Positions 1 through 12,942 are shown, counted from the first letter of the stretch. The stretch is 64,000 bases of DNA from Mobula hypostoma (GCF_963921235.1 NC_086097.1:237648001-237712000), one strand, 5' to 3'. Notes: generated from the sequence alone by a model not told the origin. Numbers and translations are program-made.

Positions 1-29
1 TCTCATCCTGAAACATCCACTGTTTATAT

Positions 30-735
30 TGGACTGTTGGAAAATGATGCTGGAGAAGTAGAAATGAGGGACAAAGAAATGGTAAACAAACTGAACAAGT
101 ATTTTGCATCAGGCTTCATTGTGGAAGACACAGGCATAATGGGGGAAGCCCCAGCTATCAGCGTGAACGAAGTGTGTGAATTTACCATAATTAGAGTGAA
201 GATTCTTGAGGAACTTGAAGGTCTGAAGGTAGCTAAATCACCTGGATCAGATGGTGTACACCCAAGAGCTCTGAAAGCAGTGGCTGAAGAGATAACAGAC
301 TCATTTCATGGCTCTGGGCTGGTACTTGCTGAAATTTAGAAAAATGAGCAATGACCTTATTTAAACATATCAAATGCTGAAAGGAATTGATGGATTGGAT
401 GTGGAGCGGATGTTTCCTGTGATGGGAGAGTCTAAGACCAGAGAACACAGCATCAGAACAGGTGGACATCCTTTTCAAATAGAGATGAGAAGGAATTTCT
501 TCAGCCATACAGCAATGAACCTGTGGAATTCTTTGCCACAGGCAGCTGTGGAAGCCAAGTCTTATGTATATTTGAGGCAGAGGTTGATAGAGTTTTGACT
601 GGTCAGGGCATGAAGGGATACGGGGAGAAGGCAGGAGATTGGGGACTGAGAGGAAAATTGGATCAGTCATGATGAAATGGCGGAGCAGACTCAATAAGCC
701 AAATGGCCTAACTCTGCTCCTGTGTCTTATGATCT
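30..735 (+). mobile_element. CR1-clade LINE, internally deleted (pre-RT linker joined to C-terminus and 3' UTR)
   Basis: Peptides LNKYFAS...LKVAKSPGSDGVHPRALK and RRNFFSH..NLWNSLPQ; CR1-type 3' UTR. Confidence 0.85.
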
Positions 736-740
736 AATTA

Positions 741-1017
741 GGGGGGCATGGTTGAGTAGTGGTACAGTACAGTATAGGCAACCTGGGCTCAATTCCTGCC
801 ACTGCCAGAAGGATTTTGTACATTTTCCCCATGATTGTGTGGGCTTCCTCTGGGTGCTCCAGTTACCTCCCACATTCCAAAGGTATTCCAGTTGGTAGGT
901 TAATTGGTCACTGTAAATTGACCCATGATTAGATGAGGACTAAATTGAGGAATTGCTGGGCGGTGTGGCTCAAAGTGCCGATAAGGTCTATACCACGCTG
1001 TATCTCAATAAATCAAT
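741..1017 (+). mobile_element. tRNA-derived V-SINE (HE1-like) with CR1-like tail
   Basis: V-domain gggcttcctctgggtgctccagttacctcccaca; degenerate B box; tail ...ctgtatctcaataaat. Confidence 0.8.
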
Positions 1018-2477
1018 ATCCTAAAATGGAGTACCGGAACAAAATTTAAAATTTCCCTGTAGGCTTTCGGTGTTAGCTGAGGCTTAAAATCTAAAGCTGT
1101 TAATGATGCAGGCGCTGGTTATAAGCAGATCTCCAACAGTGAACATAACCTTTTCAAATTTTCATGACGAAACCACTGTTTGTTGGGTTGTAAGAAATAT
1201 ATAAGAAAATGCACTTAAGCTGATAAGTCCTTTGGCACCAGAGTGGTCTTTTCTTTTTTCTTATGCTGCCGGATTAACTAGGCTTCACTTCGTTCATCCT
1301 TCTTCTCCAAGTCATGAAAAACAGAATCTCTATTTAAAGGCTCACTCTGCAATTCTTAAGCAAATAAGGGCGTGACTTAAAATAAAGTTTATTTTTATTG
1401 AAAAGCAACAAAATGAAAACGGAAGGTTTTCATACCAGCTGAAACTCTCTGGTAGGGTTTTCTATTGTCTGGCTTCTCCTGTAATCAGGCATGGTTTGAA
1501 TCCATAGTCCTGATCCGTACCAGTGAAGTAATTCTAACCAGGGTATATCATGAACTAATAGCTGTACTAATCTGTAGCTAGTTTACCAACCAGCGCAACT
1601 TTTGTCATCTCAGCAGTCAGAATTTCTGACTGAGAGGAACATTTCCTCTTTCTGGTCACTTCTCGGAACCCTTAAGTAACCTGAGATGTATCTACACTTG
1701 AAAAAGAACATACCTCCTGCTCAGAGGTAGAGGACTGGGGTAAGTTTCTGTGGTCTGGCATTTTCTTAGGCCCAGCACCAGCCAGATCCCAAAGATACCA
1801 GAACAGAGAATATCAGCTTGTATATCAATAAAACAAATATGTATTAGGTTTGTCCAAGGCATCAGAATTTTTCCAAGGTCTGCACATGCATGACTATGTT
1901 CGCCAAGTCATGTCCTTTAAAACAACAACACCTACCTTAATTTTTAGCCACTAAATGACAGTTGAATTTCTGCTGCAATATATTGAATTTAGGATAGTAA
2001 ATGGACAGATGAACAATCTGTAATATTACATTAAATATAACAGCAAAAATAAAGAAACGGTGTTCAAACTTAGAAAGATTAACTCTAGGAAAGCAAGTGG
2101 ACAAAAATCAACATCTTGTAAAGATTCCCAGAGGGATGAAGGCACATACTGTAGATTCACATAAAAACAATTAGATTAAGTTGTGGGTTGGAGACCCGTT
2201 ATTATATTGTGCTAAGTCAAATGGCTTTGAGGCATGAACATTTTGTGACTTTGTGTTCTTTCAATTACTTCCTCATTACTTCTACTTTCTGATTGGATCA
2301 TTGACTGCAGCAGTTTCATTTTTTTGTATCTCTTTCTGTTCCCCATTCATTGTTCATCATTTTCCCATGATCTTTCAATACATTTGTCTTTTTACAGCTT
2401 TCTGTCAGTACATCAGGTAGTGATTTCTGTTGATCTTTTCCTCCTTGTTTTAACTCCTTACTCTTTCCTTCCAGTTT

Positions 2478-2820
2478 TAGACCATGAGACATAGAAGAAG
2501 AATTAGGCCATTTGACCCATTAAGTCTGCTTCGAAATTCTTCATGGCTGATTTATTATCCCTTTCAACCTCATTCTCCTGCCTTCTCCCCATAATCATTA
2601 ATGCCCTGACTAATCAAGAACCTTTCAAACGCCACTTTAAATATACTCAATAATTTGGTCTCCATAACCATCCATGGCACTGATTTCCACAGAATCACCA
2701 CTCTTTGGCTAAAGAAATTCCTCCTCATCGCTGTTCGAAAGGGACATCCTCTTTTCAGAGACACCCCCCACTATAAGAAACAGCCTTTCTACCTCCACTC
2801 TATCTAGGCCTTTCAATATC
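2478..2820 (-). mobile_element. CR1 3' fragment
   Basis: Peptide RRNFFSQRVVILWKSVP followed by a CR1 3' UTR. Confidence 0.85.
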
Positions 2821-3077
2821 AGATCTTTTGATTGATGTTTCAATCCAAAATGTTAATTTCTATTATTTAATGTTTGAAACTTAATGGTCTACACCATTTT
2901 CCCCACACTGCTTGGTTTCATTTTGCCAGGTTTATTTTGACTATGGCCTTAAATTAGAGGAGGCCACATGGTTTTGTTATCAGTTATCTTTTTATACATA
3001 CTGTATCATGCAAATTCAATATTTAAATAAAAGTATGTTTCATAATTTCAAGTACTCTTGTTTAATTCAGATAATTA

Positions 3078-3559
3078 CAGAGTACTGTTTTGTCAACGTG
3101 GGGTGGAGAGTGAGTTTGTAAATCTGACGGGAGCAAAGGATGATGGAAATGGCAAGGGAAGAGCACCACAGGAGGGATGTGGGAGAGGTGGCAGAGGAGT
3201 GCCAAGGACGGGGCGAGGGGCGGGGGGGGGGGAATAGCCCAGGTGGAGACACGCCCAGTCCTGAGATACCAGGCAAGGTCATTTGATTCTGAACAATTAG
3301 TTTACCAATCATTACAGAATGTCTCTCTGATGCTTCCCACGCTCTCCCCTCTCTACAACCATGACTCCCTTCTCCGTGCCCCCTTCTCACTCTCAGTCCA
3401 CGATAGAGACCCATATCAGAATCAGATTTATCATCACTCACTTATGTCTATTTTTGTGGCAGCAGTACAGTGCAGTACATATAATTACTACAGTATTGTG
3501 TAAAAGTCTGAGGCACCCTGACTATGCATATGTACCCAAGACCTTTGCTCAGTACTCTG
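3078..3559. mobile_element. Non-autonomous composite Tc1-type element, copy 1
   Basis: Body shared with 46368-46825 and 50137-50438; terminal hairpin micro-MITE at 3491-3559 flanked by TA on both sides. Confidence 0.75.
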
Positions 3560-3580
3560 TAGGTCATCAATAAGTACTTA

Positions 3581-3691
<111 letters not shown>

Positions 3692-4467
3692 TTAAAACAG
3701 ATGAGACAATAATGGTTAATTTAGCAGGTAACTTACAAAATGATTTTTCACAGACTATATGAAATTCATAACAGGAAAAGTGTCAGATGTTATCTATCTC
3801 AATGGAAGAGTATGATTACACTATAACAAACTATGTCAATAAATCAATCTTTATGTTTTCTTGCTTTTTCCCCAAATTATATTAAAATATTCAGAAGCAT
3901 TGAAGCCACTCATTGAAGTATCAGTTTAGTGAATCATACTTAATAGAATTCTTAGAATGATGCAGCATTTTTGTTGTTTACTCAGTATTGATTACATTAG
4001 GCAGATTACAAAGCATTTGAGTGATAGTTATGAAACTCTTGCTGCAGTGAAACCAAAAATATGGTGCAATGTACATTTTCTATGCTGTAAGCAAGTTATT
4101 TGCCCTGTAGCTCCAAGCCACTTCTTTCTCCTCTGACTGAACTAAATTTGCTGTGTGCAAAGATTAGCAATATACGATCTTTAACGTTATGGCAAACCAG
4201 ACGTAATTTCTTTGCAGAGTCACATTACATTGTGCATTACACAGCAAGATTATTTCAACCTATGGTGCTGTGACAGGCAGCAAAATCTATTAATGAAGAC
4301 CCTGAAAAGAACATCCAAAACAAAGAAACTGCAGATATTGGAAAACTGAAATAAAAACAAAGAATGCTTAACATATCTAACAAGTCTGATAGAATTTGTG
4401 AAGAGAGAAATGGTTAATATCTGGCTTCAGAACTATGAGAATACAGAAAAGTTATATACTCATTGTA

Positions 4468-4694
4468 AATATGAGGAAATCTGCAGATGCTGGAATTTCA
4501 AGCAACACACATAAAAATTGCTGGTGAACACAGCAGGCCAGGCAGCATCTATAAGAAGAGGTACAGTGGACGTTTCGGGCCGAGACCCTTCGTCAGGACT
4601 AACGAAGGGTCTCGGCCTGAAACGTCGACTGTACCTCTTCCTATAGATGCTGCCTGGCCTGCTGCGTTCACTAGCAACTTTTATGTATGTTGCT
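4468..4694. mobile_element. Penelope-like (PLE) inverted pseudo-LTR palindrome with hammerhead motif
   Basis: Arms 4500-4593 and 4602-4695 are inverted; 13-bp TSD tatact(c/t)attgta at 4455-4467 and 4695-4707; same sequence as the termini of the GIY-YIG-bearing element at 14378-15149. Confidence 0.85.
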
Positions 4695-5104
4695 TATACT
4701 TATTGTATGTAGGTGCAAAGAAAAGACTGTTTATGGTAGGATGGAGTGCAAGGGAAAATGATTGAAAAGTATCTACATCGACCAGAGAGGATGATGAAGA
4801 CATCTTAGTAGCGGTCTAGTCTGGAGGAGGTATAAGTAAAGGGGGATCATAAAAACATAAGCCTTTCAAAGTCCAACCCTACATACTTGTTGTGAGAGGT
4901 GGAAACAAGTAAGGCTGATCAACAGGGCTCTGGTGCAGCTGTATAGGGCTATCCCCTGTACAAAGCATGCAATGGATTGTAGAAGTGTTGATGAACTCCA
5001 ACCATCCCATCAACTTCAGAGGACAATGGAGCCAGGAGGTCATCAATGGTCTATGCTCCACTGGGAGCTAAGGGTCCCCATCTGGTTGGGCGAGAATAGA
5101 ATTA

Positions 5105-5377
5105 GTGGTCATAGGTCTAAGATGGAAGGTGAAATATTTAAAGGAAATCTGAGGGGGATCTTCTTCATTCAAAGGGAAGTGAGAGCGTGGAACGAGCTGC
5201 CAGTGCAAGTGGTAGATGTGGGTCAATTGTAAAACTTAAGAGACGTTTGACGAGGTGAGGAGTATTGAGGACCATAGTTGGGGTGCAGGGAGATGGGACT
5301 AGGCAGAAGATCAGGTTAGCACAGACTAGGTGGGCTGAAGGGGTTGTTTCTGTTCTATAGTACTCTATGACTCTATA
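5105..5377 (+). mobile_element. CR1 3' fragment
   Basis: Peptide FKGNLRGIFFIQREVRAWNELP; tail ctctatgactctata. Confidence 0.8.
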
Positions 5378-5855
5378 TCCAAACTAAAAACCATCTGCCA
5401 AGCTACCAGCGGCATCTAGTTCTACAGGCTAGACTCCAGGTGCAAAGAGCATGCTTCTTGTGTGCTATGTCTTTCACCAGCCTGCCTCAGTCCTCATGAC
5501 TCTCCAGGAGATAAATTGCCAACACTCTCTTTTCTGTTTTACCATTAAGAAAAACAATTGGATCAATTACTAGGCCTGTTTGTTTCTTCTGTCCACAGCT
5601 GCCTGCTAATAGAATGTGGAGATTCTACAACTGCTAGACAAGATTGCATTGGACACAGCAGCTAAGAGGAGATGGTTTGGCATTGTAATTATGCATTCTG
5701 CTTCAACAGTAATGATATCTCTTTTTCAGTATGATTGTAATGAGCGCAGGAACAATAATAGAAATTGTGACAGACTTTAAGCATTTGCAGAGAAAACTTG
5801 CATTCTGTATTCATTCTGTGATTCCTGAGGCTTTATAAGGCATTGGTCACACCCC

Positions 5856-5990
5856 AAACATGAGAAAATCTGCAAATGCTGGAAATCCAAAGCAACACTC
5901 ACAAAATGCTGGAGGAAGTCAGTCGGCCAACCAGCATCTATGGAAAAGAGTAAACAGTCGATATTTCGGGCTGGGACCCTTCATCAGAAC
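5856..5990 (-). mobile_element. PLE pseudo-LTR fragment (older subfamily) with decayed hammerhead
   Basis: Starts gaaaatctgcaaatgctggaaatccaaagcaacac; minus strand contains ctgatgaagggtcccagcccgaaatatcgactg. Confidence 0.75.
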
Positions 5991-6557
5991 CTAAATATCA
6001 GTTGGGAAAAGGTAACCCTCTGCTTTACAAAATCTAATTACATTTGCCAATTTGTCCTGTTTTTTAACAAATCGGAATGCCACCAATTTGGTTTGCCCTT
6101 AAACCCCTATAGCTGTTGATCTGAAAACTATCCCAGCAATACAGCCACATTATCAGTTCTGACCTGAAAGGTTAACTCCATTTCTCATTCAAAAAGAGCT
6201 TCTTGACCTCCTGAATGCTTCCACCATTTCTGTCTTTATTTTTGATTTTCAGCATCTTTAACTGATAGGATTCTTATCACCAATCTAGTAGGTTTGTGAA
6301 GGCAAATTAAAAAGAGTGTCAGGACCTCCTGCCACTCAGCAGCTGAAATATATTATTGACTTAAAAGGCGGATTACAACATTAGAGGGTCAGTTAAATTC
6401 CTTGATATCATTAAGAAATTTTAACATGGAAGTCTAAGTTAATACAAATTCTCTTAAACATGTTTAAAGAAGCCTGCTTAAGTCTACCAAATCTTCCCTT
6501 AGATTCTTCCGCTCAAGAGTAAACAGCCTCAGCTTGTCTCATCTCTACTCATAGCAC

Positions 6558-7145
6558 ATAAGACCATAAAAGATAGGGGCAGAATTGGACCATTTGGCCC
6601 ATCTAGCAAGCTCCATGATTTCATCATGGCTGATCCATTTTCCCTCCCAACCCCATTCTCTTGCCTTCTTTTCATATCCCTTCATACCCAGACTAATCAA
6701 TAACCTATCGACCTCCACCTTAAATATACCAAATGTCCTGGTCCCCACAGCCACCCATGGCAATCAATCCAAAGATTCACCACTCACTGGCTAAAGAAAT
6801 TGATCTTCATCTCCATTCCAAATAGATGTCCCTCTGTTCTGCGCCAGTGTCCTCCGGTCCTAGATATGCCCACTATAGAAAACATTCTCTAAACATCCAC
6901 TCTACTAGGTCTTTCAATATTCAATAGATTTCAATGAGATCCCCCCCCCCAATTATTCTAAATTCCAGTGGGTACAGGCCCAGAGCTATCAAACGGTCCT
7001 CATATGATAACCCTTTCATTCCCTGAATCATTCTCGCGAACCTCCTCTGAACCCTCTCCAAAGTCAACACATCTTTTCTTAGATAAACGGCTCACAGTAC
7101 TCCAAATGAGGCTTCACCAGTGCCTTATTAATCCTCGGCATTATA
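6558..7145 (-). mobile_element. CR1 3' fragment
   Basis: Reverse complement of the CR1 C-terminus (FKVEVDRLLI...GYEKKA) and 3' UTR. Confidence 0.8.
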
Positions 7146-7957
7146 TTTTGAAGTGGAAGCAGCAGATAACCAGGAACTTGCACAGTGTTCATTGCATGTA
7201 TGTTACTTCAAAGAATTTAAGCTTTATATCCCTTCTCTGTCAAAATATTATTTCATAGGAAAAAGAAATGCATAAGATATCCTCTGTCTCTATCCTTTTA
7301 TTCAGCCTCAAGTTGCAAGGTCCTCTATCTGATTATGACTGCTTCACAGGGGGACGGGTTCATTTCAATTGTACTATGACCTTCTCAGGCTTTTATATAT
7401 TGTTATGTTATTAGTGTTGCCAATGTCTACTGAAATGCTGGTGGAGAATTAGCACAATCCGCAGACAAGCTTCATAAATCAGATTAGATAAGAAATGTAT
7501 TAGTATATGTACAATGAAACATACAGTGAAATTAATCTTATAGGCCAAGTAACAGTCTAAGGATTTTGCAAGCAAGTATTGTCAGATTTCTAGTGCCAAC
7601 ACTGCATGCCTACAAATCACTGGGGCACTTGATGGTTCCTGATGAAATAGGTCAAAGTCAACATGGTTTCCTTTAGTGCAAATCTCGCCTGGCAAATCTG
7701 TGGGAATTCTTTGAGGAAATAACAAACACGATAGACAGAGGAGAGATAGTGGATGCTGTTTACTTGGATTTTCAGGAGGCATTTGACAAGGTGCCACACA
7801 TGAAGCTGCTTAACCAGATAAGAGCCCATGGTATTAGAGGAAAGATACCAGCATGGATAGAAGATTGGCTGACTAACAGGAGGCAAAGAATGGGAATAAA
7901 GGAGCCTTTTCAGGTTGGCAGTGTTCTGCAGGGGTCGGTATTAGGATCACTTCTTTT

Positions 7958-9998
7958 TGAATTGATTTGAATTGAATTTATTTCTCACATCCTTCACATA
8001 CATGAGGAGCAAAACGCTTTATGTTACATCTCCGTCCAAATGTGCAATGTGCAATCATAGTAATTTATAATAATTTGAAATAAATAGAACAGTCAATGTA
8101 ACATAGAGTACACTCAAATCAGCAGGAGTTAATCAGTTTGATGGCCTGGTGGAAGAAGCTGTCCTGGAGCCTGTTGGTCCTGGCTTTTATGCTGTGGTAC
8201 CGTTTCCCAGATTGCAGCAGCTGGAAAAGATTGTGATTGGTGTGACTCAGGTCCCCAATGATCCTATGGACCCTTTATACACACCTGTCCTTGTAAATGT
8301 CCTGAATCATGGGAAGGTCACAACTACAGATGTGCTAGGCTGTCTGCACCACTCTCTGCAGAGTCCTGCGATTAAGGGAAGTACAGTTCCCATACCAGGC
8401 AGTGATGCAGCCAGTCAGGGTGCTCTCAATTATGCCCCTGTAGAAGGTTCTTAGGATTTGGGGGGGCCCATTCCAAAGTTCCTCAACTGTCTGAGGTGAA
8501 AGAGGCGCTGTTGTGCCTTCAGTGAGGAGGATGCTAAGAGGATGCAGGGTGACTTGGATAGGTTGGGTGAGTGGGCAAACTCATGGCAGATGCAATTTAA
8601 TGTGGATAAATGTGAAGTTATCCACTTTGGTGGCAAAAATAGGAAAACAGATTATTATCTGAATGGTGGCCGATTAGGAAAAGGGGAGGTGCAACGAGAC
8701 CTGGGTGTCATTATACACCAGTCATTGAAAGTGGGCATGCAGGTACAGCAGGCGGTGAAAAAGGCGAACGGTATGCTGGCATTTATAGCGAGAGGATTCG
8801 AGTACAGGAGCAGGGAGGTACTACTGCAGTTGTACAAGGCCTTGGTGAGACCACACCTGGAGTATTGTGTGCAGTTTTGGTCCCCTAATCTGAGGAAAGA
8901 CATCCTTGCCATAGAGGGAGTACAAAGAAGGTTCACCAGATTGATTCCTGGGATGGCAGGTCTTTCATATGAAGAAAGACTGGATGAACTGGGCTTGTAC
9001 TCGTTGGAATTTAGAAGATTGAGGGGGGATCTGATTGAAACGTATAAGATCCTAAAGGGATTGGACAGGCTAGATGCGGGAAGATTGTTCCCGATGTTGG
9101 GGAGGTCTAGAACGAGGGGTCACAGTTTGAGGATAGAGGGGAAGCCTTTTAGGACCGAGGTTAGGAAAAACTTCTTCACACAGAGAGTGGTGAATCTGTG
9201 GAATTCTCTGCCACAGCAAACTGTTGAGGCCAGTTCATTAGCTATGTTTAAAAGGAAGTTAGATATGGCCCTTGTGGCTACAGGGGTCACGGGGTATGGA
9301 GGGAAGGCTGGGTTCTGAGTTGGATGATCAGCCATGATCATAATAAATGGCGGTGCAGGCTCGAAGGGCCGAATGGCCTACTCCTGCACCTATTTTCTAT
9401 GTTTCTATGTTTCTATGTTTCTTCACCACACAGTTGGTATGTACAGACCATGCGAAGTCCTCAGTGATGCGGGTGCCAAGGAACCTAAAGCTGTTTACCT
9501 TCTCAACCCCAGATCCACTGATGTCAATAGGGGCTAACCCATCTCCATTCCTCCCTTAATCCACAACAAGCTCCTTTGTTTTTGCGACATTGAGGGAGAG
9601 GTTGTTTTCTTGATACGACTGAGTCAGAGAGATGACCTCTTCCCTGTAGGCCACCTGGTTATTGTTTGAGATTAGATCAGTCAATGTAGTGTCATCAGCA
9701 AATTTAGTTAGCAGAATAGAGCTGTGGGTGGTGACACAGTCATGGGTATACAGGGAGTAAAGGAGGGGACTTAGTACACAGCCCTGAGGGGCTCCTGTAT
9801 TGAGAGACAAAGGGGTGGAAGCGAGGGAGCCCACTCATAACACCTGCCGGCATTCTGACAGGAAGTCAAGGATCCAACTGCACAAGGTAGGGTCAAGGCC
9901 GAGGTCTCTGAGCATCTTGTCGAGCCTGGATGGAATTTTGGTGTTGAATGCTGAACTGTAGTCCAAGAACAGCATTCTCACATAAGCATCCTTCCTCT
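7958..9998 (-). mobile_element. Rex1/Babar-type LINE, 5'-truncated, itself interrupted by a young CR1
   Basis: Peptide TGAPQGCVLSPLLYSLYTHDC...KFADDTT...NVAKTKELVVD, continuing KAQQRLFHLRQL beyond the CR1; tail of ttgaa-like repeats at 7958. Confidence 0.85.
8521..9419 (+). mobile_element. Young 5'-truncated CR1; uninterrupted ORF2 C-terminal frame at 8542-9318
   Basis: 258-codon open frame (WQMQFNVDKC, YKALVRPHLEYCVQFWSP, FFTQRVVNLWNSLP); (TTCTATGT)n tail; near-identical to 22114-22860. Confidence 0.92.
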
Positions 9999-10808
9999 TC
10001 TTCTTTTCACATAATATGATTTGGATGAAGGAATTGATGGCTTTGTGGCCAAGTTTGAAGATGATATAAAGATAGGTGGAGGAGCAGGTATTGAGGAAGC
10101 AAAGAGTCTGCAGAAGGACTTATTCAGACTGAGAGAAATCAGTGGCAAATGAGTGGCAGATGGAAAACAGCGTTGGGAATTGTATGGTTATGCCCTCTGG
10201 TAGAAGGAATAAAGGAGTAGACTATTTTCTAAATGGGGAGAAAATTCAAAAATCAGAGGTGCAAAGGAACTTAGGAGTCCTCATGCAGGATTCCCTAAAG
10301 GTTAACTTGCAGGTCAAATCAGTGGTAAGTAAGGCAAATGTGATGTTAGCAATTGTTTCGAGAGGACAAGAATTTAAAGGCAGGGATATAATGCTGAGGC
10401 TTTATAAGGAATTGGACATTCTGCACTTACAGTATTTTGAACTATTTTGACCCCTATATTTAAGAAATGATCTGCTGGCATTGGAGAGGGTACAGATTCT
10501 GGGAATGCAAGGGTTAATATATGAGGAGCAGAGCATTTGATGGATCTGGGCCTGTACTCACTGGTGTTTAGAAAGATGAGGAGGATCTCTTTGAAATCTA
10601 TTGAACATTAAAAAGCCTAGATCGAGTGGATGTGGAGAGGATATTTCCTATATTGAGCGACTCTAGGAGCAGAGGGCACAGTCATTTAGAATGGAGGGAC
10701 ATCCATTAGAACAGAGATGAGGAAGAATTGCTTTAGCCAGACGGTGGTGAATCTGTGGAATTAATTGCCACAGGTGGTTGTAGAGGCCAAAGCATTGGGT
10801 ATATTTTA

Positions 10809-11570
10809 GTAGGTCAAATTTGAAGACAGAATATAATACTAATGATAAGACTCTTGGTAGTGTTGAGGATCAGTGAGATCTTGGGGTCTGTGTCCAAAGG
10901 ACATTCAAAGCTGCTGTGCAGGTTGATAGTGTTGTTAAGAAGGCATATGGTGTGTTGGCCTTCATTAACCATAGGATTGAGATCAAGAGCCATGAGGTAA
11001 TGTTACAGCTATAGAAGACCTTAGTTAGACCCCACTTGGAGTACTGTGTTCAGTTCTGGTCACCTCACCTCAGGAAGGATGTGGATACTATAGAAAGAGT
11101 ACAGAGGAGATTTGCAAGGATGTTGCCTGGATTGGAGGTCATGCCTTATGAGAATAGATTGAGTGAACTTAGCCTTTTCTCTATGGAGCAACGGAGAAAG
11201 AGAGGTGACCTGATAGAGGTGCATAAGATGATGAGAGGAATTGATCATGTGGATAGCCAAAGGCTTTTTCCCAGGGCAGAAATGGCTGACATGAAGGGGC
11301 ATAATTTTAAGATGCTGCAAGGGGGATGTCAGGGGTAAGTTTTTCCACACAGAGTGGTGGGAGTGTGGAATGCATTGGCAGCAACGGTGGTACAGGCGGA
11401 TACAATAGGGTCTTTTAAGAGACTCTTAGATAGGTACATGGAGCTTAGAAAAATAAAGGGCCATGTAGTAGGGAAATTCTAGGCAGTTTCTAGATTAGGT
11501 TACATAGTTGGCACAACATCGTGGGCCGAAGGTCCTGTAATGTACTGTACTGTAATATACTATGTTCTAT
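10809..11570 (+). mobile_element. CR1 (second subfamily) 3' portion
   Basis: Peptide EYCVQFWSPHLRKDVDTIERVQRRF; tail ctatgttctatg. Confidence 0.85.
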
Positions 11571-11581
11571 GACAGATACTT

Positions 11582-11915
11582 ATAGAGTCACAGAAAAGTA
11601 CAGCATAGAAACAGGCCAATCTAGTCCATGCCAAACCATTTAAACTGCCTACTCCCATCGACCTGCATCAGGACCATAGCCCTCCATACCCCTACCATCC
11701 ATGTACCTATCCAAACTTCTCTTAAACATTGATATCGGACTCACTCAACACTCTCAGAGCCCGCTGAGTGAAGAAGTTTCTGCTCATGTTCCCCTTAAAC
11801 TTTTCACCTTTCACCTTTAAGCCGTGACCTCTGGTTGTAGTCCCATCCAACCTCAGTGGGAAAAAAAGACTGCTTGCATTTACCCTAACTAAACCCCTCA
11901 GAATTTTGTACACCT
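11582..11915 (-). mobile_element. CR1 3' fragment (third subfamily)
   Basis: Peptide YKILRGL...TRGHGLKVKGEKFKGN..NFFTQR. Confidence 0.8.
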
Positions 11916-12414
11916 TTTGTTTTACTGACTTTGTTGGTCAAATAGATCCCCTTAATAACATCCAGTTTTACCTCACAATCGCGTTTATCTCCCATTTAAT
12001 CCATCAGGAAGTCCATGTCACTGGAGTGAATTGATTTTTTCCTCTGACTGTTTTATGAGGCTCTAACAGCATATGAATGCATGCCTTGCTAATGAGGAAG
12101 AAAGCAACCATGACCCTATAATTGCCTGATGGATTTGTGTACATTGAATTTAATTGCAAAGAAAAGCAAAGGAGATGTTCAGAAAGTCAGTGAAGCAGGA
12201 TAAGCACCACTGTGATACTTAAAACCCACAAACAGGAGTAAGTGAAAACAGCCACACACCACAAGTTCCGCCAAGTTAGGAATAGAAGACAGACCAGGGT
12301 ATGTGGAAGAGTCTACAACTTTCGAATAAATGAAATAAACGTCTGAAAACTACTGCTCAATAAAAAATTTTTATAAATCAGTAAAATACTGGTAATTTAT
12401 CAAACACTAATCCA

Positions 12415-12942
12415 CTTTTTCCACTCCCCTCTTACCCCTTAACTTCTCCTCACCTGCCCATCACCTTCCTCTAGTGTTCCTGCTCCTTAACTATCTCCCA
12501 TTGTTCACTCTCCTCTCCTATTAGATTCCTACTTCTTCAGCCCTTGACCTTTCCTGCCTATCACCTCCCAGCTTTTCATTTCATATCCTCTGCCCTGTCC
12601 ACCCTCTTCCTCCTCACCTGGCTTCACCTATCACCTTCCAGCTTCTCATTCCATATCCTCTCCCCTGTCCACCCTCTTCCTCCTCACCTGGCTTCACCTA
12701 TCACCTTCCAGCTTCTCATTCCATATCCTCTCCCCTGCCCACCCTCTTCCTCCTCACCTGGCTTCACCTATCACCTTCCAGCTGGTACTCCTTCCCCTCC
12801 CCCACCTTCTTAGTCTGACTTCGTCCCCCTTCCTTTCCAGTCCTGATGAAGGGTCTTGGCCTGAAATGTCAGCTGTTAATTCCTCTGCATCGACGTTGCC
12901 TGACCTGCTGAGACCCTCTAGCATTTTATGTGTGCAACACAT
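12415..12942 (+). mobile_element. PLE 3' UTR/pseudo-LTR (older subfamily) with decayed hammerhead at ~12838-12875
   Basis: Pyrimidine-rich UTR like that of 51660-52312; contains cagtcctgatgaagggtcttggcctgaaatgtc. Confidence 0.75.
12557..12783. repeat. 70-bp tandem repeat, ~3.2 copies
   Basis: accctcttcctcctcacctgg recurs at 12601, 12671 and 12741. Confidence 0.9.

Larger units (their letters stand above)
7622..10808 (+). mobile_element. Old CR1 (RT to C-terminus) interrupted at ~7958-9998 by a Rex1 insertion
   Basis: YLDFQEAFDKVPH and QGSVLG lie before the break and KFEDDIKIG after it; cttctttt is duplicated on both sides of the break. Confidence 0.85.

Noticed and set aside
1436..1478. Possible 43-nt minus-strand exon (cag|...|gtatg)
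   Set aside because: Weak polypyrimidine tract, frame-disrupting length, and no resemblance to the expected next CSMD3 exon (LTGSFVPDLIVS...).
1614..1632. Palindrome cagtcagaa-t-ttctgactg
   Set aside because: Short and isolated, with no TSD or family support; plausible by chance.
4990..5075. Possible RTE C-terminal remnant (VINGLCSTGS)
   Set aside because: Too short and degenerate to support without a search.
8542..9318. Longest ORF (258 aa) as a host gene
   Set aside because: It is the C-terminus of CR1 ORF2 in a 5'-truncated copy, lacks the RT catalytic core, and is duplicated at 22114-22860.
12557..12783. CRISPR-like array
   Set aside because: The units are contiguous with no unique spacers, there are no cas genes, and the context is eukaryotic.
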